A stretch of 64,000 bases of DNA from Trichinella spiralis (GCF_000181795.1 NW_003526941.1:1267859-1331858); one strand, 5' to 3'; positions 41,001 to 52,617 are shown, numbered from the stretch's first letter. Made by a program: numbers and translations. Notes: generated from the sequence alone by a model not told the origin.

Positions 41001-44000
41001 GCAAACGCTCTCTTGCACCTGCAAATATTAAAGTTGAATTCGAGGAAAAGTGTAGAAAGACTTTGTCAGCTTTTCACTCGAGTTGCAGAATAGCAGACGT
41101 TCCATTTCCTGATCAAGGAACCCGACAGCTGCTCTCTACATTCATTATTCTTTGGAAAAACGACAGGCGTAAATCTGCAGTGCATTGATGATTCATGAAG
41201 TCATTATTGAAAATTGACTTGCTCCAACAAACTTAACAACGATCCGTCTTCCGATAGTACTGATAATGCTGAGGTGAGATATTGTAGCGTCGAAGCATTT
41301 CCATCATTACAATTTGCATGGTCATCACAATTGTATTACATTTGTTATTTTTTCTTTTTTCTTTTATAAATGTATAATTATTTTTCTCAGGCATTGTTTT
41401 TTGGAAAAATAATTTCATCTAGCGGTACATGTATGAAAGTAACGTTAATATGAAATGCTTGCTTCATTCAAGGCAAATTCTTTTATTTCTGATTTGTATC
41501 GATTTTGCAGAGGCGTCTTTTTTGTGAATTGTAAAGTAGAGATGAGAAACCTTAAATAATTCTTTTCCGCACATTTGGTGATCAGTGTCAGACCAGTAGT
41601 ACGAGAAAGGAGTTTTGGTTTTGCTCTTTGTTTATTTCGCGAAAATGCTAATGCGCTTTTCATTTAAAAATATGACTAAGCTTTTTAAAGTATTCTCTCG
41701 AATAGCTTGATTGAAACTTTGTTCAATTGATGGCATGGTGTTCCATTGATCTCTCACTACTGGGATGTTTGTTTTCAGACAGAATCTGAAAAATTATTCC
41801 CAACACGGTGTCAATTTTTTCCCTTTTTATCAAAGAAGCTGATGTTTCATTTATGTACACAAATAAAAAATTTTCCAACCATTTTAAAAACAACTCATAT
41901 AAATTTAAAATGGAAAATTAAAATATTCTTTCAATTTCACAGATCTGTCGTCTGTGATTTTTAGGACATTTTTCGAGCTTCAAGAAAGCACTTAATGATT
42001 GTTTTATTGGCGAAAGCTGAATTTTGAAAATTTTCCAACCTTTTGCTTTGGGTAGTAGTAGTAGGATATTAGAGTATTCATTTGAATAATTAGGCTAGGT
42101 CGCATAACACTGTGTGAAGGTTGCTATTCAATTATGCAAATCAGTCTTTCCTGAAATTCTTCTGTTATTAGTAACAGAGCTCTCGTTTGCTTTGCTGACG
42201 CGGCTAACTAACAGTAGAAGTTGATAACGTTCACTCAGTGAGTTTCCTGCGAAGCAATTGTAGACTAACGGTGTATGGTGGCTGAAGATTTGCTGTTCCA
42301 CTATAAAGCAGGGCGAGTATCCGTGAAACAGATATATGTTTTTTCTCTTTATTTTATTCTGATTTCTTGAAATGATCCATTACAATTTAGAACAGCATAC
42401 AGAGAAGGTGGACATCAACGATCGAAAGGTAATTATTTCAGTAAGTTGAATTCTTTTTAGTTTGATCCTTATTACTTCATAATATAAATGAAAACAAACA
42501 CTGAATCTGTTACTTAGGAACATAACTACATATTGAATAACTGAGCATATATCGCATCGGTATCTATATTTTTTTGAAATTTCATGTTCAAGTTAACGAG
42601 CGATTGGTTGGCATTTGTTTTAGATGTTCAATAATTAAGCTTGTCTTATTACAGATGAGATGTGTTTAATATGTTTTAATATTTCAGTTTAGTGATCATT
42701 TCAAATTGAAAATTTTATGTAGCATTGTCATAATTTTTAAACTATTTAAAAAATCGCAGTTTTATTGCATTGTTTTCCTACAGGTTACGGATTAAGAAGA
42801 ATTTTAGTTATGGACAATTAAATCTTATTTATCAGACACTGCAGTTGCAATTGATCACATGCAGTGATGAAGCTAAACAAAATGAGCAGATCTATGATAT
42901 TGCAACCAGGAGAAGAATATATAAGCAGCGAAAATTCAGACTTTCATCATTAAAGATAGCCATGGTCGCATCTCGCGTCACTCTCGAACCCGTCGAACAA
43001 CAGCAGCTCACCCTCCACACATTCCTCTTGTTTTTGCAGTACCACAAAAACTGCTACAACTAAATAACTGTGATTATTGGTCTTGAAATTATCGACAAAC
43101 GATTCCACCATTTTTCTTCTCGAAAATGAACTCCAATCTCAGCTCGACAGAACATGGGACACAAGAATGTTTAAATTCGGAAAACCACTCAATTCATATA
43201 AATAATATTAGCTCACATTACTTATTTTCTACTTCCTGTAAATTGCACTAATCAACAAACCTATGATAACAAATGCTTGATAACTTATAGCTCAAATTTA
43301 TATAAATTATAGATTCAAAATCTCCTCAGTGAAGTATAACTTATTAAACTAACTCAACAATATACTTACCGAACTTACCGCCACCTTTCTATTGTTCACG
43401 CCCATCTTCTTTTCTTGTGTTCCTACATGTAGATGAATAAATTCAATGAAACAATGAAAAAATTTTATTGATATTCTTAGTCCGTCATGGCAGTGAGAAC
43501 GCCAGGGCACACGCGTCCGCCCACAACCATAAGCATAGCACTCCAGAGAAAGTTTGCATGCAATTTCCGGGAAAGAAGTACTGCCCCTGCTTTTCATTAC
43601 GTTCAGTGCAGTAAACATAATTTTCTCGGCCGTTAACTGAAAATCACAAAAAAAGCAAACAAAATAAATGAAATACAATTTTGCAATATTAAAAGGCAAT
43701 TATTCTCCACTTCTACGTACCATTAATTTGCATAATTAGAGCAAAATAAATGTAGTTATATGTATATATATTAACATTAAAAGTTGAGGCCAGTAAATAT
43801 CGTTGAATTACTGTTGGCATTTTCTGGTTAGCATGCAACTAATTAACTTTCTATCCTAGCTAAGCTTTCGTGAGCTTTAAGGTGCACAACAAACAAACAG
43901 CAAGGTTTTTAAATTTTTTTTATAATCATAAGAAGAAGAAATAAAATAAACATTACTTTCAAAATGAATGTAATATTTTTCTTAAACAAAATTAAGATTT

Positions 44001-44140
44001 TTGTATAATTCTTAATTTTCAGATACTGTAGTCTTTTGTAACTTCGTCTTGTCAAATAAACTTGCTTTTATTTGAAAATATAATTGAAGTTTAATTTTCA
44101 TTAGAACAAATATATCAAAATTATAATATAATAAAATAAA

Positions 44141-45746
44141 ATGGAAAAAGACTCTGCTTTGCAATATGAAGGGTGCAATTTTTTGCGGCAACGGTTGGTA
44201 TTAGCTACTTTGAGTGGTCGCCCAGTACGAATTGTTAATATTCGACCGGATGACGTTAGTCCAGGCGTAACAGGTTGTTTTAGCATTTATTCTTCATTAG
44301 TTGTGTTCAGTAATATTTTAAATCTTAAGATTTTGAAATAAAATTATTCAACTTGCTCTCCGAGATCACAAATCGTTCGACAGTGGATATCAGTCCTTCT
44401 GGAACAACAGTGTTCTACAAGCCAGGTTCACTCGTTGGCGGAAAAGTTGAAATGGATATGGGCGTCGGTCGAGGTTTGGGTTATTACTTAGAAGTTCTGT
44501 GCTTTTTAGCTCCTTTTGTAAAATCGCCGTTGAATGTTCGGCTACGTGGAGTGACTAATGGTAGTGGTGAACCAAGCGTAGATTTGATCAAGTATGCTTG
44601 GCTTCCAGTAATGCGTCGATTTATGTTCGACGCTGAAGGCTTGGATTTGAAAGTGATTTATTTTCATTTTAGACATACGCATAGTGTAGAATATAGTTTA
44701 TTACTGACTTGTGGATACGTTTGCTTTAGATTGTGAAACGTGGTTTAAATCCAAATGGCAATGGTGAGATTTTGTTCACATGTCCAATTTCAAGACAATT
44801 ACGACCAGTTCAAATTGAAAATATGGGAAAAGTGCGAAAGGTACGTGGCGTTGCATATTCTTGTCGAATTTCCCCTGCTTTGGCAAATCGTTGCATTGAA
44901 AGTGCGAAGGCATCTGTGAAGCATTTTTTAAATGATGTTTATTTCCACACTGATCACAGAAAGGGACTTGAAGCTGGCAGGTAAAAGTACAAGTTTCATT
45001 TGTTGTAATGACTACTGTTGTATTTGTGCCAAACAACTGATTGGAATTCAGTGCGATTAGTGTAAGTTGTCTTAAGCTAACTGTATTTCAGTTCTCCGGG
45101 CTTTGGTATAATTTTGTCTGCCGAGACAACAGAAGGGATTTACTTCGTTTCAGAGAGCCACTCAAATCCTCCTAACAGCGGCCTTGATCCGTCTGTACCA
45201 GAAGACATTGGCATCGAAGCAGCCGAGCGGTTGTTTTCGGAAATTTATCGCGTAATGATTATTATAATTTTTGCGTTACAACACTATCATCGTTTTGGAA
45301 ATAATTGTTTAAGGGAGGATGCTGCGATGCTACGGCGCAAACTATTGCTACGTTATTTATGGCTTTAGGACCGAAAGATGTATCGAAATTCGTTTTAGGG
45401 CCTTTATCTACATATTGGTGAGAAGCGAATGATTTTAATGATTTCGTTAGTGCGTACTGTAGTTTTTGAAAATTAAGTACTATAAATTAATGTATTATCA
45501 AGCAAAATGGAAAATAAATACAACTTGTAAAAATACAAAATAAATAAATGTATATATTTTTTATTTAGCGTACATTTTCTACGACATATGAAGGATTTTC
45601 TTGGCGTTGTATTCAAAATTGAATCTTACGATCCACTGAAAGGGAAAAGTGCCGAAGATCAGAAGCTAGAGATTGGCTGTCGTGATAAAGTGAAGTTGAC
45701 GTGTGTTGGTGTAGGCTTTGGCAATTTAAATAAAGCTTTGCTTTGA
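44141..45746 (+). CDS. RCL1: RNA 3'-terminal phosphate cyclase-like protein (18S rRNA processing), 6 exons
   Basis: YEGCNFLRQRLVLATLSGRPV, RGLGYYLE, LRGVTN, KRGLNPNGNGEI, SPGFG, VPEDIG and GGCCD motifs; C-terminal LTCVGVGFGNLNKALL*. Confidence 0.93.
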
Positions 45747-45857
45747 TTAGTTGTTTTTACTGCTTTTGGTTTAATTACCTATCTTATCCAACCCTGTTGC
45801 TCTTTACAACATTTTTTCACATTTTACTTTTGCTTTTGATATTAATTTGAACTTGTG

Positions 45858-46226
45858 ATGAGCGAAGACGTGCCTTTGGCTGGTCAGGTGCATTCTGTGC
45901 CTGCACGAATTGAATATAATGGTCCCGCGAAAATTGCAGAGTTTTTTGAGTCTTCCCGACGCCAGACAGCGGACGGGCACGAGTCCGCTACGTTTCGTGG
46001 TCGACCATTGCAGGGTGTGGAGGTCGAAGTGCCGGAAAGTTATAGACTTTACATCGCTGAAAAATTGGTCGAAGAAAATCAAGATAACAACGCATGCAAG
46101 CTTGTCCTGAAAAAACAATTTAAAAGGTTGAACGTTTGGAGTCTGGATGAACCGGCAGAGACGGCGAAGTTGCTTCAAGCCATAGCTTGGGTTGAAATTG
46201 CCGAGTCAATTAGTTGCGGGCGTTGA
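45858..46226 (+). CDS. RNASEH2C: Ribonuclease H2 subunit C, single exon
   Basis: VHSVPARIEYNGPAKIAEFF, ATFRGRPLQG, VWSLDEP and AIAWVEIAESI match hallmark RNase H2C motifs. Confidence 0.88.
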   Translation: MSEDVPLAGQVHSVPARIEYNGPAKIAEFFESSRRQTADGHESATFRGRPLQGVEVEVPESYRLYIAEKLVEENQDNNACKLVLKKQFKRLNVWSLDEPAETAKLLQAIAWVEIAESISCGR

Positions 46227-46418
46227 TTATTTGCCACGATATTATTTGTTGTTTCATTATATCATTATTGCTTTTATTATTTGATCAGTGTATCATTTTG
46301 GGGTCTATAATCTACAGTTTTAATCGCACGCGAATGCTTGTTACTGTTTTACCTGATTAAAGACTTATCCGTTTGTAAATAAAATGCTTTCAGGTAAAAT
46401 TGGATATGCGAAAAGAAC

Positions 46419-47834
46419 ATGCACCTTCAGCTAGTTGTTTTCTTCGTCGTGATGTTTTCTCAGTCAAGTTGCTTTTTGCAGCAGTTGTCTGCAATTTTGT
46501 CAGAAACTTCGTTTACAACTCTGTGGGCGAACATTGCAAAATCACTGGAAAACTCTCGTTGTTTTTGGTACGAATGCTGCTTAGAAACGCACGTAAAGTT
46601 TAATATCACCGGTGAGCGTAGTTGTTGTTTTTTCTTATTGATTTTGTTGTTTACAAAAAATAGTTTCAAGTAAGCAATGAAAAGCAATTCATTTTCATTG
46701 GCATTTTGTTGCCCATTCCATGCTGTAAGGATTAATGCGTTTGAGGTTTGGAAAAGAATTTGAATCAGCGCTTGTATGGCCAACATTTGGTTTCCAGAAC
46801 GGTGCTTCCAGCGCTGAAGGCACACTTTTCATCGACGACATCGAAGGCGTTGGTTTTATCTTTTCATGGCTGGACCGGTGGTAGGCAAAGTGGCATACTG
46901 TAGTTTGAAAAGTTCCCTTCGATTTCGGCTTTTGTTTTAATAAGGCGGAAAGAATTACGTTAGCCAGTTTATTGCTGAAAGCATCTATAAATATGGTATG
47001 AAAAGCACGTTTGTTCGTTATTTCATTGGTGGCTATCATTTTCCCGATCGTAAGCTTGTTGATGTTTACAAAGTAATTTTTTTAATTTTGTTTTGTACCT
47101 GCTCATCTTGATTGTTTTACGTTACAGCAGCAGTTGAGAGAGTGGATCAAAGGGAATGTATCCACTTGTCAGTATTCATTATTTATTTTTGACGAAGTGG
47201 ACAGAATGCCACCCGGTGTTCTGGATGCCATCAAACCATTTCTTGAATACACACAAATGGTCGATGGAGTCGATTTTACGAAGAGTATCTTCATTTTTTT
47301 GAGGTTCGAGGTGTTTGGTTTGGCATTTAGTATATCGCAGTCTCGAATATTTGCTGGTATGGGTTAAATTTTCTTACAGCAACGTTGGCGGAAGTGACAT
47401 TGCAAAGTACGTTTACGATGTTTGGAAACAAGGTCTTCCTCGAGAAAGCATTACATTGCAAGATTTAGAAAGCATAATGTATCCGGTGATATTTAATGAA
47501 AAAAGTTAGTCATCAACAGTTGCTAATTTGCTCTACAAAATAGTGATTTTGTTTTTCTTCAGGCGGCTTTCAGTTTAGTGAGCTCATTTCCAATCATTTG
47601 ATCGACCACTTTGTACCTTTTTTACCGCTCGAACGTGTCCATGTAAAATTGTGCGTTTACGATCAGTTGAAGCGTCGCAGCGTTCAGTTGGACGCTACAA
47701 CGATAGACGAGATTTTGAAGACAATTGCTTATTTTCCAAATGAAGCACAAATTTTTTCATCCAGCGGCTGCAAGCGAATCGCTCAGAAAGTGGAACTATT
47801 CATTGTAGACGTGCTTGGCAATGATGAATTATGA
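46419..47834 (+). CDS. Torsin-family ER AAA+ ATPase, 6 exons
   Basis: Signal peptide, YECC, LYGQHL, spliced Walker A HGWTGGGKN, Walker B FIFDEVD, FLSNVGG, IDHFVPFLPLE, SGCK sensor II and C-terminal NDEL. Confidence 0.92.
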
Positions 47835-48276
47835 AAATGAATACGGGAAAATCAGTTCTCTTTCTCTCTCTTCCATCCCCTGTTTTTTTGTTTTTAATTA
47901 ATATATATATATATATATATTCGTGAAGAAGAACGGGAATTTTTGTAAAATGAATAACTGAAGTTATTTTTTTAGTTTTTTCCCTAAGAAGAGCAGAATC
48001 GTTGCGTTTAGGTAAACAATGTTGAATAAATTTTCAGTCTGTATGCAATATTTCACGAGTTTGATATGGTCAGATGTGGTTGCACTCCATTTTATTCGTC
48101 TAGTGATGATATTTTTGAAGATCTTATGGTCAAAAAACACGCAACGGCCGTTATTTATTTTTTTTAGGCAATTGCAATTCTTTAGAATTGTAACAATAAA
48201 ATGAAGACTTGAATTAATTGATTTTCAGGTTATGTATGGGTTTTTATCGTAATGCAGTTCATTTTTCAGAATAACG

Positions 48277-48800
48277 ATGGACGAGAATAACAACGAGTCA
48301 GTTGAAGAAGTCGAAGTTCATGATCCGGTTAATTCAGCGATTGAGCATGAAACGATACTTCCTGATAATGATAATGATAATGATAATGATAATGATGTTG
48401 ATGGTGATGATTCAGTCAACGATGCAAATGATGAAACATTGGCTGCGGAGGTTCATTGTTTGATTTGGTAAAAAACTATAATAATTTGTGAGTTTCAGGA
48501 AGAGCAAGATGAATCGGAGGTAGAAGAAGAAACGGATGCGAACGACAGTTCAACCGTACTGCACGATAAAACTTATTTCTGTTCAATGCGGAATGAAATT
48601 CGCAACGAACCACGCAGTTGTTTATTAATTTTTTTAATACATTTTATACAGGAAGTAAATAAATTTCTGTTTCAGTGACTATCGTCAAAAATTTCCGACT
48701 GACAACCCCTGCCGGTAAGCCTTGCTTTTATTGGGGGCCGGTTCTCTTTCCGTTCGGCAAAGATTCACCTACCGAAGATGATGATGACGCTCCAGAATGA
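48277..48800 (+). CDS. Small acidic protein of unknown family, paralog 1 (~138 aa; exons 48277-48450, 48499-48616, 48676-48800)
   Basis: In-frame splicing at GT..TTTCAG introns (phase 0 then 1). D/E/N-rich N-terminus; C-terminal NFRLTTPAGKPCFYWGP motif shared with the two downstream paralogs. Confidence 0.7.
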
Positions 48801-50280
48801 TTGTGAATTTATGAAAAATGAAAATTTTCAAATTTATACTCCTATTCCGATTTGGTTTTCATGATTGAGAAAAATTTTACTTGTAGAATCAAGCACGTTT
48901 TTACTCTAGTTGCACATAACTGCACAATGATGTTTTGGCTTTATCGAAGTGTGTATGATTCAGAAAGTGTTCTTCATTATTCACAGTTATTGTGTTGTTT
49001 TAAGTAAAGCACATTTTTCGAGCTTGAATTTTGGACAAAACTAAAGTAAAACTTTTGCCAGAAAATTAATAATTCATATTGCATTCGACAAATATAGTTG
49101 AAAATTGCACAAGTTGAAAAGAGTAAATAAATAAAGCACAGCCAGTCGTCGACTGATTGTTTTCATCAGAAATTTATGCAAGAAATATTAATAGAGACAA
49201 TGAGCTTTCAAAAACAGTTCAGCTCGATATTATTCTGTGAAAAATGAAATTTGAAAAAGAAAGTTATTTCCGTTTCCGCTTTTAAGCTTTCCGAACTTGT
49301 GTTAGACTTTGGGTAGCTTGATGAAAGAGAAGTGGCAAGCTTGAAAGGAAAAGTCAGTGCACATCGCTTTTAATTCAAAATAATTAAAATTTATTTTTAT
49401 TCATAATTTGTTTCAGCTTACAGTTGACTGCTTTATTTTATAATTTAAGCACTGAAAAGCACGTTCAAATTCAAAGAAATGTCCATCCACGCTTACAAAC
49501 GGACAGTATGAATTTCACCGAACCAATCGGCGCAAATTAAGCGACTGCATTCAAAAACATCGTCAGTTGTTAATTTTTATCAAATTATTACAATTTCCAG
49601 AACAACAATCGTTATTTTTACATAACAATTTAAAAAATTGCACTTTTCGATGAACAAGTAGTTGTAGAAATTTTGTTCAGATGACGATTACAGTAAATAT
49701 TTTCATTTAAAAAAATATTACATTTAAAATAAAAATACTTAAAATTTACTTCAAATCGGCATATCCGGAAAGTTCACAGTCTATAAATCTACAGTAGGAT
49801 GTCCATTTAAAACTGTTTAAGACCGTTTCCCGACGCCCGTAAATTGGATGTGTTTATTTCATAATGAAGAGAATATTTTATTCTCTACTTTAAAAGGTTC
49901 AAATATCAACATTTCAATAAATTGAACAATCATCATGAATTAATTTTTTCATTTTTCAACCTGTAGGTCATTAATTGTGTTGTTTTGGTCATTTGACGTT
50001 GTTTCGTCTTCTTGTGCGGTGGTCTTTCGGTGAGAAGTAAGTGAAGTAGCGCAGTGATTTTTGCATGTAAACAGTAGTTCTTCTTTATCATCAGCATTGT
50101 TTTTGATTTTTTCACAAATAAAAATTTGAATACATCATTTGCAGTTTACATTCTAGAACGTAATTTTCGAAGCGAATATTTAAATTACACTATTGTATTG
50201 CTCTATGATTTATTTATTTTGTCTGTCTGTTTTTCTTTTGATTTTGTGTTTTATTTATAGCTTTTATCTTCATATTGAAA

Positions 50281-50737
50281 ATGTCGGATGTACGTGAAAA
50301 GAACATCGATAGCTTTATAATTTCTAAAAACTCGTCTCCAACTAGTAGCAATTCTGAATCGGCACAGAGGGAGTCGGATTCAAGTGAAAGTTTGATGCAG
50401 AAATCTGATTCTAAACAAGACTCGTCGTTGGGTTCATTATGTGTATGATACCTTTCAAACTTAATTCATACAACATTTATATTCGTACTGGTATAAATGG
50501 TTTATTATTATTTTAGGCAACGGACGAGTATCCGAGACTTGATGTGCCAATTGAACATGAGAAACGTAAGTTCTGTTTTGTTTATGTCAAGTTTTCATCT
50601 GCCACTTTATCATTTCAGAGTGTTATGTTATGAATTATAAACTGAAAACTCCGGCTGGCAAGTTCTATCGTTACAACGGTCCGTTTCCTCCAGATCCGAA
50701 GATTCTTGAAGAGCTGGATTCACAAGATATTTGTTAA
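50281..50737 (+). CDS. Small Ser/acidic protein of unknown family, paralog 2 (109 aa; exons 50281-50442, 50517-50565, 50619-50737)
   Basis: MSDVREKNIDSF...SSLGSLC|ATDEYPRLDVPIEHEK|QCYVMNYKLKTPAGKFYRYNGPFPPDPKILEELDSQDIC*. Splice sites and frame are conserved in paralog 3. Confidence 0.8.
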
Positions 50738-50967
50738 ATTTAAATGTGCTGCTAGAACTTTTATGATATGATATGATATGATATGATGAACGAATTAACA
50801 GTAAAGCATGTAGGATGGAAATATTGCTACTTTTTTCATTTGTTGCGCAACAAATGTAAAAAGCATACGAAAAGTGAATTGATTTTCAATACTGAACTTA
50901 TAAACCATAATAATCATAGCATAGAAAATCAGCATAGAGTTTTTGTTAAACAGCAAATGCAGTAGTT

Positions 50968-51311
50968 CAGTGGTTCTCAAGTGTGGCTCGCGGCTTTCCA
51001 GGCAAACAAATCAACACGCTGGATGGATTTATAAAAGAAAGGTCTGAACTGGAGTAAATGCGTCGAAGTCTGTACAGACGGCGCCCGGACCATGTGTCAT
51101 ATTTCGGCAACCCGAAAGAAGCCCATCTTTCGCATGATCTCCATTACGAATATTAATAATATATTAATGAAATTTAGTCCATAATTTTGATTTGATAACA
51201 GCAAAATGGTCGAAATGAATCAGCTTTTTCGTGTTTATTGCTGTTAGCTAGGCTACAATACCTTAAAGTTTCAAAAATGGGTCGCAGTTCACAGGATTTT
51301 GGGAACCATTG
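50968..51311 (+). mobile_element. Internally deleted hAT (Charlie/Buster-like) DNA transposon, 344 bp
   Basis: Imperfect TIRs CAGTGGTTCTCAA / TTGGGAACCATTG; internal transposase remnant GLNWSKCVEVCTDGARTM from 51041. The element is absent from the duplicate unit, which has one 8-mer (GATTAGGC) where this copy has two (CAGTAGTT, GAATAGAC). Confidence 0.8.
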
Positions 51312-52151
51312 GAATAGACAGATGACCACATTTACATATTATACTACAAATTCAATAAATATGCCAAGTTGCGGGCCTACATTTTATAAGTTAACCATAA
51401 ATCAAGTCCTACTGTAAAGAATTTGTTTTTTAAGTAAAAATTTTGTTTTTCATTTAATACTGTATTGTTTTACGGAAGTTATCATAATTGATTATTTGTA
51501 TTGACGGTGCAGAAGTATAAATGAAAAAATACGAATCTGTGAAAATTTGTATTATGTTATAATAATTTTAAAATTAATCTTCCTTTTCGATCATCATTAT
51601 TGGTTAATCATCACTATTAATTGTTTAACCATTTGATTTTGTCAAGATGTGTAAAGCACTGTTTAAATATCACTTGTCTAATATGAAGCTTTTGTTTTTG
51701 CTTGTTACTTTTTATTAATTTTCAAATTAATTTTATTTTTTAAAGATTTAAATTTAAACATTTCTTAAGTTGAAAAATCATCATAAAGTAATTTTTTATT
51801 TTATAACCTGCGGGTCATTAATTGAGTTGTTTTGGTCATTTTACGCAGTTTTGCCTCTGTGTGCGGTGGTTTTACGGTGACAGGTAAAGAAGCGCAAATT
51901 TTGTGTTTTTAACATATGAACAGTTGTTTTCCTCTGTCTTTAATATTTTTTTAAATTTTTTGTGTAAATAATTATTTTTTATATCATTTTGATTTTGATC
52001 ATTCTTGAATGTAATTTTTGAATTGAATGTGTAATTACAATGTTGTATTGTTCTATCATTTATTTATTTTTTCTGTCTGTTTTTCTTTTGGTTTTTTGTC
52101 TTCTAGTTTGTTTTTTGTCTTTTATTTATAGCTTGAATTTTTGTATTGAAA

Positions 52152-52617
52152 ATGTCGGATGTAAGTGAAGATTTCACCGGTAGCTCGATAAGTTCTGAAG
52201 AAGATTTATCTTCGTCTACTGGCAGTTCTGAATTGGCCCTGCAGGTGTCTGATTCAGATGAAGTTTCTGTGCAGAATTCTGATTCTGAAAATGATTCGAC
52301 GTTGGGTTCATTATGTGTATGATAACTTTCAAATATAATTCATACAACGTATATTTTCCTACTGATATAAATGGTTTATTATTGTTTTAGGCAACGGACG
52401 AGTATCCGAAAGTTGAGGCACCAATCCCGGATGGGAATCGTAAGTTCTGTTTTGTTTGTGTCAAATTTTTAGCTGCCCCTTTATTATTTCAGAGTGCTTG
52501 GTTTTTAATTATAAATTGCAAACTCCGGGCGGCAAGTTCTTTCAATACAGCGGTCCGTTTCCTCCGGATCCACAGCTTCTCGCAAAATTGGATGCGGACG
52601 ATATTGAAGACATTTGA
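52152..52617 (+). CDS. Small Ser/acidic protein of unknown family, paralog 3 (112 aa; exons 52152-52316, 52391-52439, 52493-52617)
   Basis: MSDVSEDFTGSSISSEEDL...STLGSLC|ATDEYPKVEAPIPDGN|QCLVFNYKLQTPGGKFFQYSGPFPPDPQLLAKLDADDIEDI*. Confidence 0.8.

Noticed and set aside
49290..49301. TCCGAACTTGTG, matching the 3' half of miR-100
   Set aside because: The seed region is absent and there is no hairpin.
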